DNA from: Bacillota bacterium
GTDB lineage: Bacteria > Bacillota > Clostridia > Christensenellales > CAG-138
Length of the DNA: 64,000 nucleotides
Direction: 5' to 3'
NCBI GenBank assembly: GCA_023399275.1
Contig: JAEWQH010000117.1
Coordinates: forward strand, 2,943-66,942
This document shows, piece after piece, positions 52,760 through 60,545 of this stretch. Position 1 is the first letter of the stretch, and each line of letters begins with the position of its first letter. The translations under genes and the position numbers were made by a program. The notes beneath the pieces are model-generated. The model was not told the origin of the DNA. It did not search any database and saw only the letters and a list, made by a program, of their open reading frames with translations.

Positions 52760-53941
52760 ATGGATCTTTTCGAAAAATGCGACCGGCTGACCGCGGTCAG
52801 GGAGACCCGCGCGGCGGGCATCTATCCGTATTTTCACGCATTGGAGTCACGTCAGGATGTAGAGGTCATGATGGAGGGCAAGCGCCGCATCATGCTCGGC
52901 TCCAACAACTACCTGGGGTTGACCACGCATCCCGAGATCGTCGAGGCGGGCATCCGCGCCATGGAGCAATACGGCTCCGGCTGCTCCGGCTCCCGGTTTC
53001 TCAATGGAACGCTGCGCATGCATCTGGAGCTGGAGCAAGAGCTGGCAGATTTTTTGCATAAGGAGGCTGTCGTCACCTTCTCCACGGGCTTTCAGAGTAA
53101 TCTCGGCATCATTAGCGCGCTCGTCGGCAAAGGCGACTACGTGATCTGCGACAAGGAGAATCACGCAAGCATCTACGATGGCTGCCGCCTCGCCTTCGGC
53201 ACCATGGTTCGCTACCGCCACGGGGATATGGAGCACCTGCGGCATACGCTGGAGCAGATCCCCGATACGGCGGGCAAGCTCATCGTAACCGACGGCGTAT
53301 TCAGCATGGGCGGCGACATCGCAAAGCTGCCCGAGATCGTCGCGCTCGCCAAGGAATTCGGCGCACGCGTCATGGTGGACGATGCGCACGGGCTCGGCGT
53401 CATCGGCGAAGGCGGCCGCGGCACGGCAAGCCATTTCGGTCTGGAAGACGAGGTGGACGTCTACATGGGCACATTCAGCAAGTCCCTCGCCAGTCTCGGC
53501 GGCTATATGGCGGCCAGCAGCGAGGTCGCGGAGTATGTGCGCCACACTTCCCGCCCGTTTATCTTCTCCGCCTCCATGACGCCCGCAAACTGCGCCTGCG
53601 CACTGGCCGCGCTGCGCGTGCTCGAACGCGAGCCGCAGCGCGTGCGCCGTCTGCAGGAGATCTGCCGCTATGTGCGCGCCGGGCTTACCGCGCGCAGCAT
53701 CCCGCATAAATACACGGCCGACGTGCCGATCATACCGATCTATACCTACGAGACCATCCGCACGCTGACCGTCGCCAAGATGCTCTATGAGGCCGGCGTA
53801 TACGTCAACCCCGTCCTCCCGCCCGCAACGCCCGCGACGGAGTGTCTGCTTCGCACGAGCTATATGGCGACGCTGACCGAGCCGTTGCTCGACGAAGCGA
53901 TGGATATCATGGCGGGCGTTCTGGCGGAGGAAGCAAAATGA
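52760..53941 (+). CDS. PLP-dependent alpha-oxoamine synthase, serine palmitoyltransferase-like
   Basis: Family motifs are present (GSNNYLGL, GSGCSGSRFLNGT, FSTGFQSNLG, HASIYDG, DGVFSMGGD, VDDAHGLG, GTFSKSLASLGGY with the PLP Lys, PFIFSAS). The start is either the ATG at 52760 or the one at 52748. Confidence 0.8.
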   Translation: MDLFEKCDRLTAVRETRAAGIYPYFHALESRQDVEVMMEGKRRIMLGSNNYLGLTTHPEIVEAGIRAMEQYGSGCSGSRFLNGTLRMHLELEQELADFLHKEAVVTFSTGFQSNLGIISALVGKGDYVICDKENHASIYDGCRLAFGTMVRYRHGDMEHLRHTLEQIPDTAGKLIVTDGVFSMGGDIAKLPEIVALAKEFGARVMVDDAHGLGVIGEGGRGTASHFGLEDEVDVYMGTFSKSLASLGGYMAASSEVAEYVRHTSRPFIFSASMTPANCACALAALRVLEREPQRVRRLQEICRYVRAGLTARSIPHKYTADVPIIPIYTYETIRTLTVAKMLYEAGVYVNPVLPPATPATECLLRTSYMATLTEPLLDEAMDIMAGVLAEEAK

Positions 53942-54726
53942 AGCGCGTCTGCATCCTCACCGGCGGCAGCGGCGGCATCGGCCGCGCGAGCGCCGACCTG
54001 CTGGCAAAAAACGGTTTCACCGTCTATGAGCTCAGCCGAAGCGGAGCCGATGCGGGAGGCATTCGCCACATCACGGCGGATGTGACTGATCCTGCGCAGG
54101 TCAAGGCCGCCGTCGCACGGGTGCTCGCCGAACAGGGACAGATCGATCTGCTGGTCAACAACGCGGGCTTCGGCATCTCCGGGGCGGTGGAGTTCACCGA
54201 CCCGGCGGACGCGCTTGCGCAGCTCAACGTCAACTTCTTCGGCGCGCTGCACTGCATCCAGGCCGTTTTGCCGCAAATGCGCGCGCAGAAGCGAGGGCAT
54301 ATCGTCAATATCAGCTCCGTCGCAGCGCCGATCGCGATCCCGTTTCAGGCGTTTTACAGCGCAACCAAGGCCGCAACCAACTCCCTCACGCTCGCGTTGC
54401 GCAATGAGGTGAAACCCTTTGGCGTCAAAGTCTGCGCCATCCTGCCGGGCGATGTGAAGACGGGCTTCACCGCCGCGCGCAAGAAGAGCTGCGCGGGCGC
54501 CGAGGTATACGGCGCGGCGATCGACCGCGCTGTGCGCGTCATGGAGCACGATGAGCAAAACGGCATGCCGCCATCTCAGGTTGCAAAGGCCGTGCTCCGC
54601 GCGGCAACCGCAAAACACCCGTCCGCATTGACCACAGTCGGCTTTCCATACCGGGTGTTTGTGCTGCTGAACAAGCTCCTTCCCGCGACCTGGACCAACG
54701 CGCTCGTGGGCCTGATCTACCGCTGA
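53938..54726 (+). CDS. classical short-chain dehydrogenase/reductase (candidate 3-keto-amine reductase)
   Basis: It has TGGSGGIG, NNAG and the S...YSATK catalytic set. The ATG overlaps the upstream stop codon (ATGA). Confidence 0.8.
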   Translation: MKRVCILTGGSGGIGRASADLLAKNGFTVYELSRSGADAGGIRHITADVTDPAQVKAAVARVLAEQGQIDLLVNNAGFGISGAVEFTDPADALAQLNVNFFGALHCIQAVLPQMRAQKRGHIVNISSVAAPIAIPFQAFYSATKAATNSLTLALRNEVKPFGVKVCAILPGDVKTGFTAARKKSCAGAEVYGAAIDRAVRVMEHDEQNGMPPSQVAKAVLRAATAKHPSALTTVGFPYRVFVLLNKLLPATWTNALVGLIYR

Positions 54727-54832
54727 TTTCGTATGCTGAAACCGATCAGACCGCATGTCCCTGTGCGTCCGCGTGTCAACGAGCCCTCTTCTCTCATCGA
54801 CAACGCCCACAACCGGACATTGTGAAAAAGCG

Positions 54833-54871
54833 CCTCCTGTCGTACGATAAGCAACTGCGGCAGGAGGTTTT
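54833..54871 (+). terminator. weak terminator-like hairpin after the SDR gene
   Basis: CCTCCTG pairs with CAGGAGG (7 bp) across an unusually large 21 nt loop, followed by TTTTCC. Confidence 0.35.
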
Positions 54872-55255
54872 CCTATGGGGAAACATTGTTAGAAAGAAAA
54901 ACTGTTGAAGGTTCCTGAACGGCAGAAGAACGGACATGCTGTTCCATTCCCGCTTGAATGGACAAATAGGCTTATCCGGTCGCGATCAAAGAGGAAAGGT
55001 GCGCCATGCGGCGGCGCAGGGATCGAAACGGATCAAGCGTCGGCGGTAGTGACGGCCACGGTTCCGATCGGCAAAAGCATGAAACTCAGATAGAAGAACG
55101 GGCCGAAACCGGTGCCAATCCTCCGGATCGTGCGTCTGTTCGGTACGCTGAAGTGCTTCCCCTCAAGGCAGTTTTATACCAAGAGCCGCATCGAAAAACC
55201 CGCATCCAGCCATTTTGATATTCCGTGATCCATTCGCTGGATCACAGCCGCTCCC

Positions 55256-55286
55256 AGCGCCCCAGTTCGGGCGTTTTTTCGTTTTT
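55256..55286 (+). terminator. plus-strand intrinsic terminator
   Basis: (AG)CGCCC pairs with GGGCG(TT) across a 6 nt loop, followed by TTTTTTCGTTTTT. Confidence 0.65.
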
Positions 55287-55290
55287 AGGC

Positions 55291-55330
55291 AAAGAAAAAT
55301 CCCACCGAAACCGTATCTGCTTCGGTGGGA
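55291..55330 (-). terminator. intrinsic terminator of the tRNA cluster
   Basis: UCCCACCGAA pairs with UUCGGUGGGA (10 bp), followed by UUUUUCUUUG on the minus strand. It lies 5 nt after tRNA-Cys. Confidence 0.75.
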
Positions 55331-55335
55331 TTAGC

Positions 55336-55409
55336 TGGAGGCGCCACCCGGAATCGAACCGGGGGTGAAGGTTTTGCAGACCTCTGCCTTACCGCTTGGC
55401 TATGGCGCC
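55336..55409 (-). tRNA. tRNA-Cys (GCA)
   Basis: I folded a manual cloverleaf (GGCGCCA acceptor, anticodon loop CTGCAAA, TTCGATT T-loop). The CCA end is encoded. Confidence 0.9.
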
Positions 55410-55491
55410 ATATGCAATTGCAAGGATTACGGGGGGTGACCAAGCCCATTCATGAGACGGCTTTATATACCTGCCTGCGCCGTCTCATGAA

Positions 55492-55567
55492 TGGAGCGGG
55501 AGACGGGGCTCGAACCCGCCACCTCAGCCTTGGCAAGGCTGCGCTCTACCAAATGAGCTACTCCCGC
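55492..55567 (-). tRNA. tRNA-Gly (GCC)
   Basis: The acceptor is GCGGGAG, the anticodon loop is TTGCCAA and the T-loop is GGTTCGAGCC. The CCA end is encoded. Confidence 0.9.
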
Positions 55568-55575
55568 GAGGGGTC

Positions 55576-55651
55576 TGGTGCCTCAGAGTGGACTTGAACC
55601 ACCGACACAGGGATTTTCAGTCCCTTGCTCTACCAACTGAGCTACCGAGGC
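55576..55651 (-). tRNA. tRNA-Phe (GAA)
   Basis: The 5' end reads GCCTCGGTAGCTCAGTTGGTAGAGC, the anticodon loop is CTGAAAA, and the CCA end is encoded. Confidence 0.9.
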
Positions 55652-55656
55652 AAACG

Positions 55657-55733
55657 TGGCGACCCGGAGGGGGCTCGAACCCCTGACCTCCAGCGTGACA
55701 GGCTGGCGTACTAACCAACTGTACTACCGGGCC
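55657..55733 (-). tRNA. tRNA-Asp (GTC)
   Basis: The 5' end reads GGCCCGGTAGTACAGTTGGTTAGTAC, the anticodon loop is CTGTCAC, and the CCA end is encoded. Confidence 0.9.
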
Positions 55734-55739
55734 ACTAAG

Positions 55740-55815
55740 TGGTGGGAACAACAGGGCTCGAACCTGTGACCCCTTGCTTGTAAGGCAAGTGCTCTCCCAG
55801 CTGAGCTATGCTCCC
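55740..55815 (-). tRNA. tRNA-Val (TAC)
   Basis: The 5' end reads GGGAGCATAGCTCAGCTGGGAGAGC, the anticodon loop is CTTACAA, and the CCA end is encoded. Confidence 0.9.
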
Positions 55816-55838
55816 CCGCGCATCACAAATGCAAAATA

Positions 55839-55867
55839 AGTATAGCGGAGAAAGGATGCCCTGTCAA
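55839..55867 (-). promoter_or_regulatory. sigma-A promoter of the tRNA cluster
   Basis: On the minus strand it reads TTGACA, a 17 nt spacer, then TATACT. It lies about 24 nt upstream of tRNA-Val. Confidence 0.75.
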
Positions 55868-56095
55868 CGGCAAACTGATACATTTGGAGGAGAAAAAAAG
55901 CGCCGCGTCCGCTCGCGCGATCCGGCAAAAGAGAAGTCGCCGCTTTGCCGCACGGAAGCGGATCTTTCCGGAAAAGCGATGGTTTTTTGTGCTTTTGATT
56001 GCATGTGGCGCGGCAATGATATATAATATGGAAGCTTCGTGTGCGCGGCGGCATGCCCGCACCGGAAACTGGAAAGAGGAACGGAGGCGGATGCA

Positions 56096-57436
56096 ATGGA
56101 GCTTGCGAAAAAGCGGAAGACCGATACGAGAAGCCTCGTGCGCGCTGGGATCCTTTCCGCGCTGATCATCGTGATGACCGTTGTGCCTTATACCGGTTAT
56201 ATCAACTACGGTCTGGTGGAGATCACCACGCTGCATATCGTGGTCGCCGTCGGTGCAGTCATGCTCGGCTGGCAATACGGCGCGGTGCTGGGGTTGGTTT
56301 GGGGCGTTACCTGCGTTCTGCGCGCGCTGACCAACCCGCTTTGGGCCCCGTTTGTCAACCCGCTGGTTTCGCTCGTTCCGCGCGTGATCGTCGGCATCGT
56401 AGCCGGGCTTACGGCGCAAGGGCTGCGCAAGCTGCGGCTGCGCTCCGGCCTGGTTGCGGCGCTCGCCGCCGCGGCGGCGACGCTGACCAACACCGTGCTC
56501 GTGCTCTCCGCACTCAAGCTTTTCTCGGCCGTACTCACAGGGATGCCGCTGCTGGGCACCATATACGGCACGCTTGTCGGCGTCAACGGCTCCATTGAGC
56601 TCGTTGCCGCGGTTCTGCTCGTGCCGGCCATCGTTGCGGCGATCAGTCCCCGGGAAATCGTGCTCGGGATCGACATCGGCGCTTCCACAACGAAGTTTGC
56701 TTTGCTTAAAAACGGCAGATGCGTCAAGGAGTATCGCAAGCCGGACGGCCAGAGCCTCGATGAGGCACTCGACCACTTCGGTTATGCGGGCGTCAGGCGC
56801 ATCGCGGTCACGGGGGTCGGCTCCGCGGCCATCCAGGAGGATCTGCGCGGGATTCCGACCGTTCATAAGGACGAGTTCCTCTCCGTTTCACGCGGGGCAA
56901 CCAAGCTATCCAGGCGTTTCAATACGCTGGTAGTCAGCGTCGGCACCGGTACGTCGTTTACGCGCATCACCCCGATTCGCGCATGGCACGTCGGCGGCAC
57001 CGGCCTCGGCGGCGGCATGCTCAAGGGACTCAGCGGCAGGCTCTGCGGCACGGAAAACATGGAGGAGCTGCAGTCGCTCGCAGCAATCGGTGACCTGCAC
57101 GCCATCGACCTGCAACTGCGGGATGTATTCTCCGGCACGCTCTCGCACCTGACGCCGGGCGCGACCGTCGCAAACATGAGCAAGCTCTCCGAGCAATCGC
57201 AGCGCGCAGACATCGCAGCGGGGCTTTGCAATATGATCTTCCAATCCATCGGTGTGATGGCGGTGTTCGCGGCAAAGCGGCACCTGACGCGAACTATCGT
57301 GCTGGTCGGCACGATTACGGACTGGCCCATCGCGCAGCGCAGCCTCGACGAGGTCTCCGACCTGCACAACGTCCGGTTCATCGTGCCGGATCACGCGGCG
57401 TTTGCCACCGCGATCGGCGCGGCGCTTTCGGAGTGA
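56096..57436 (+). CDS. fusion protein: ECF-transporter S-component (PanT-like) plus type II pantothenate kinase (CoaW-like)
   Basis: Residues 1 to about 185 form six TM helices of the ECF S-component type. Residues from about 190 to 446 align by eye with S. aureus CoaW (GIDIGASTTK, VSVGTGTSF, VGGTGLGGGMLKGL, GDLHAIDLQLRDV, AAFATAIGAAL). It is one uninterrupted ORF. GGAGG lies 8 nt before the ATG at 56096. Confidence 0.8.
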   Translation: MELAKKRKTDTRSLVRAGILSALIIVMTVVPYTGYINYGLVEITTLHIVVAVGAVMLGWQYGAVLGLVWGVTCVLRALTNPLWAPFVNPLVSLVPRVIVGIVAGLTAQGLRKLRLRSGLVAALAAAAATLTNTVLVLSALKLFSAVLTGMPLLGTIYGTLVGVNGSIELVAAVLLVPAIVAAISPREIVLGIDIGASTTKFALLKNGRCVKEYRKPDGQSLDEALDHFGYAGVRRIAVTGVGSAAIQEDLRGIPTVHKDEFLSVSRGATKLSRRFNTLVVSVGTGTSFTRITPIRAWHVGGTGLGGGMLKGLSGRLCGTENMEELQSLAAIGDLHAIDLQLRDVFSGTLSHLTPGATVANMSKLSEQSQRADIAAGLCNMIFQSIGVMAVFAAKRHLTRTIVLVGTITDWPIAQRSLDEVSDLHNVRFIVPDHAAFATAIGAALSE

Positions 57437-57461
57437 TGTTCCCGCATCAGACGCTTCTTTC

Positions 57462-57487
57462 AAAGAGCGCTTGACGGTGCTCTTTTT
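57462..57487 (+). terminator. terminator-like hairpin
   Basis: AAAGAGC pairs with GCTCTTT across a 10 nt loop, followed by TTTC. Confidence 0.45.
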
Positions 57488-57514
57488 CAGTGAGAGACAG
57501 ATACAGGAGGAAAT

Positions 57515-58804
57515 GTGAAACACTATTCAGTCGCCCTGTTGGGCTTTGGAACAGTTGGCAGCGGCGTTTACCGCATCATCAGCGAAAACGGCGCGCAGAT
57601 CACACACCGCGAGAGCATCGAGCTCTCCGTTGGCCGCATACTGGTGCGCGACTTTGAGCATGAGCCGAATTTGAACCTGGCGCCGCGCGCGCGCTTCACT
57701 ACTTCGTTTGATGAAATCCTTGCAGACCCCGCGATCGACATCGTGGTCGAGTGCATGGGCGGCATCGAACCGGCCAGGAGCTTCATCCTCCGCGCACTCG
57801 GGGCGGGAAAGACGGTCGTCACGTCCAACAAAGAGGTCATGAGCAAGAACTGGCCTGCGTTTGAACGGGCCGCCAAGCAGACCGGCGCAGGGCTTTATCT
57901 GGAGGCGACGGTCGGCGGCGGCATCCCGATCATTCGCACGATTCTCGACTCCATGCAGGCAAACAACATCACCCGCGTGATGGGCATCATCAACGGCACG
58001 ACGAACTATATCCTCACGCAGATGACCGAGCACGGCCAGAGCTTTGCAGATGCGCTCAAGGATGCGCAGGCGCTCGGTTATGCGGAGGCTGACCCCACGG
58101 CGGATGTGGAGGGCTATGACGCGATGTATAAGCTCTCGATCCTCTCGTCCATGGCGTTTCATGCGCATATGCCCATCGATGTGATCTACCGCGAAGGGAT
58201 CACAAAGCTGACCAAGGCAGACTTTGAAACCGCGCAGCTGCTCGATTACCGCATCAAGCTGCTGGCCATCGGCAAGAAAAACGGCAATCGAATCGAAGTG
58301 CGCGTGCATCCCACGATGATCCCGGTTACGCACCCGCTCGCGAGCGTACGCGGCGTGTTCAACGCGATCTTCCTCACGGGGCACGCGGTAGACGACGTGA
58401 TGCTCTACGGCCGCGGCGCGGGTTGCATGCCGACCGCGAGCGCGGTGGTAAGCGATATCGTATACGCCTGCCACCATGAGAAGCAGCATAAATACATGAC
58501 CTTTGTCAACGAGGAGCACATCAGCAGCGAAATCGAGTTGGTGAAGGACTTTCAGTGCATCTACTGCATCCGCCTGCATGTGGCCGACAGGCCGGGCACG
58601 ATGGCCGCGATTGCGGCGGCGTTTGCTGAGCAGGGCGTGTCGCTCAAGAGCGTTATCCAATTGGGGGTAAATGACGGCGTCTCTTCGCATATCACGTTTC
58701 TGACGCATACGGCGAGCGAGTTCGGCGTGCGCGAAGCACTCAAGAAGATCGAAGCGCTTTCGTGCGTGAGCGCAGTGGAGAGCGTTATCCGCGCAGAAGA
58801 GTAA
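57515..58804 (+). CDS. hom: homoserine dehydrogenase with a C-terminal ACT domain
   Basis: It has VALLGFGTVGSGV (a Rossmann motif), the Homoserine_dh core (GIINGTTNYILT, AEADPTADVEG) and an ACT-like tail. The start is a GTG after AGGAGG. Confidence 0.9.
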   Translation: MKHYSVALLGFGTVGSGVYRIISENGAQITHRESIELSVGRILVRDFEHEPNLNLAPRARFTTSFDEILADPAIDIVVECMGGIEPARSFILRALGAGKTVVTSNKEVMSKNWPAFERAAKQTGAGLYLEATVGGGIPIIRTILDSMQANNITRVMGIINGTTNYILTQMTEHGQSFADALKDAQALGYAEADPTADVEGYDAMYKLSILSSMAFHAHMPIDVIYREGITKLTKADFETAQLLDYRIKLLAIGKKNGNRIEVRVHPTMIPVTHPLASVRGVFNAIFLTGHAVDDVMLYGRGAGCMPTASAVVSDIVYACHHEKQHKYMTFVNEEHISSEIELVKDFQCIYCIRLHVADRPGTMAAIAAAFAEQGVSLKSVIQLGVNDGVSSHITFLTHTASEFGVREALKKIEALSCVSAVESVIRAEE

Positions 58805-58826
58805 CTGCGGATTGTGGAAATAACAC

Positions 58827-58855
58827 TTGCAATGAACGGCTGGCTTCGCTATAAT
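58827..58855 (+). promoter_or_regulatory. sigma-A promoter of tRNA-Thr
   Basis: TTGCAA, a 17 nt spacer, then TATAAT. It ends 13 nt before the tRNA 5' end. Confidence 0.75.
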
Positions 58856-58868
58856 GTTCGTTGCGAGC

Positions 58869-58944
58869 GCTGATGTAGCTCAGTCGGTAGAGCACCTCAT
58901 TGGTAATGAGGAGGTAGGCAGTTCGAATCTGCTCATCAGCTCCA
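58869..58944 (+). tRNA. tRNA-Thr (GGT)
   Basis: The 5' end reads GCTGATGTAGCTCAGTCGGTAGAGC, the anticodon loop is TTGGTAA and the T-loop is TTCGAAT. The CCA end is encoded. Confidence 0.9.
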
Positions 58945-58952
58945 AAGAGAGA

Positions 58953-58981
58953 ATGCATCCCCATCACGGGGGTGCATTTTT
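58953..58981 (+). terminator. intrinsic terminator after tRNA-Thr
   Basis: ATGCAtCCCC pairs with GGGGgTGCAT, followed by TTTTT. Confidence 0.7.
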
Positions 58982-59152
58982 GCTTGGATTATATGGCCAA
59001 AGCGAGCCGATCATCAGGCGGCACCGGCAGTTCCGCTCATAAAAGTAAGGATGCATGCGTCCGATTGGCAGGCGCATCGGTGCGCCGTAAAGCCGCGAGA
59101 AAGCGGGAGGCGCGGCAGCCCGGGAATCTTCCGCCGTAACGCGGGGGCACTT

Positions 59153-59173
59153 CCCAAAAGCCGGCCTCCGGCT
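59153..59173 (-). terminator. intrinsic terminator after the DUF4405-like gene
   Basis: AGCCGG pairs with CCGGCU, followed by UUUUGGG on the minus strand. It starts directly after the stop codon. Confidence 0.5.
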
Positions 59174-60154
59174 TTAATCCTGCAGGATATCCGCCTGCAA
59201 ATCGATTTCCGGCAACGTCGCAGACACGGGCTCGTCGGGATCATGCTTCTTTTTTCTGCCGGCGAGCCGCAGCACCCCGTATGTTGCCGCCGCAAAGAAC
59301 GAGATGATTCCGGTATACTGCGCAATCAACAGCAACGCGCTTTCGGAGTCCTCCTCGCCTCGGCCTTCCTCTTGTCCTTCGCCTCCGTTTTGACCGTCAC
59401 CCCGGCCTTGACCACGTCCGCCGCCAAACGCGCCATCCGCGCCGCTCTGCGGCAGAGAACCGTTGTCCTGCGAGAACTCCGGCAGTTCGCTGATATCGCT
59501 CGGTAGCGCCCCAGAGGAGCCATCCAGCGCGGGCGCACCGCTCGGTTCAAAATCCCCGCGCGAAAACTGCGCGGCTTGCAGCGGTGCGGTGAGCAGGCTG
59601 GCAAAGCTTGAGGTGACCAGGCTGTATCCGCCAAAGCCGACGATGCACGCAAGCACGACTGCAAGCGCAGCCCGGATCGCAACGGGAACGCTCTTTCGAA
59701 ACAGCCGGCCAACGAGAGGATCCGCGTGCAGCCCCAAATGCACGCCCGTCAGAATGACGGCGAGTGCCGATGCGAAGTTGTGCAGCGCCCTGTAGTTGCC
59801 GCTGATGCGGACCTGGAACACAACCTTGCTGATGAGCACGCCGGATATGCCGACAGTAATGAACGAAAGCAGCAACAGCGTATCGACGATATAACGCGCA
59901 CGCACCAGCCCCGGCGTATTCTTGGCAAACACGCCGCGCATCGTAGCGCCGGCTTTGCGTGCGCCAACGAGCAGATGAATGACAAGCAGGCCGATCAGCG
60001 CGAGCCCGCCCACTTCATGGAACGACAAGCTGATCACCTGTTTTTGATACATGAGCGTCAAAAGCACAAGCATGACGGCATCCAGCGCGAGCCTGAGCGT
60101 GCGAGCCCGCCCTGCGCCGGGGTGCCTTGGTCGTGGTGTATCCATATAGAGCAT
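59174..60154 (-). CDS. DUF4405-like membrane protein with a Gly/Asp/Glu-rich low-complexity region
   Basis: Four N-terminal TM helices contain conserved His residues (FHEVGG, LHNFAS, GVHLGLH). These are followed by a GGGRGQGRGDGQNGGEGQEEGRGEED stretch and a final TM segment. The start is either the ATG at 60154 or the one at 60145. Confidence 0.6.
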   Translation of the reverse strand: MLYMDTPRPRHPGAGRARTLRLALDAVMLVLLTLMYQKQVISLSFHEVGGLALIGLLVIHLLVGARKAGATMRGVFAKNTPGLVRARYIVDTLLLLSFITVGISGVLISKVVFQVRISGNYRALHNFASALAVILTGVHLGLHADPLVGRLFRKSVPVAIRAALAVVLACIVGFGGYSLVTSSFASLLTAPLQAAQFSRGDFEPSGAPALDGSSGALPSDISELPEFSQDNGSLPQSGADGAFGGGRGQGRGDGQNGGEGQEEGRGEEDSESALLLIAQYTGIISFFAAATYGVLRLAGRKKKHDPDEPVSATLPEIDLQADILQD

Positions 60155-60242
60155 GCGCCTCCTGTGGTGGATATAAAAAGCATACGCATAAATATGGCAG
60201 GCGGCGCGGAGCAAAAAAGGCGAGATTTTGACAGATTACAGC

Positions 60243-60266
60243 AAAAAACCGCACATTCCTGTGCGG
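60243..60266 (-). terminator. intrinsic terminator about 280 nt downstream of the KPR-family gene
   Basis: CCGCAC pairs with GUGCGG across a 6 nt loop, followed by UUUUUUGC on the minus strand. Confidence 0.55.
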
Positions 60267-60545
60267 CCGTTCTGTCAAAAAGCCTGTTCTTGCGAACCCG
60301 AATGAAATTCTTTGCATCCATCAGGAATGAAGCAAACAAGAGATGCGATGAAACAAAAAAGATTGATCGCAAAAAACCGAGCGGTGTTTGCGTTTATCAT
60401 GGCACAGACCAGGCAGCGGAGCGGCCCGAATGGATTTTGGATGGGTCTGCAAAAAGGACGCGAAGATGCAACCGCTACCCCAGAACCGTGCAGCGATTGC
60501 GAGCCGCACGCATGGCAAGGCCTTGCAGAATCACTCGCATGCGAT

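Noticed and set aside
54960-55140. Motifs resembling RNase P RNA (GGCUUAUCCGGUC, AGAGGAAAGG) and SAM-I or cobalamin riboswitch fragments (CUUAUC..., GGUGCCAAUCC).
   Set aside because: The order and spacing are wrong for RNase P, where the GGCUUAUC-type block should be at the 3' end. The other universally conserved blocks of these classes are absent. These are likely chance matches.
54905-55218. Small ORFs of 62 and 70 aa in the SDR-tRNA gap.
   Set aside because: They have no RBS. One needs a TTG start. The products are highly basic and low-complexity, and the ORFs overlap each other out of frame. I treated the region as non-coding.
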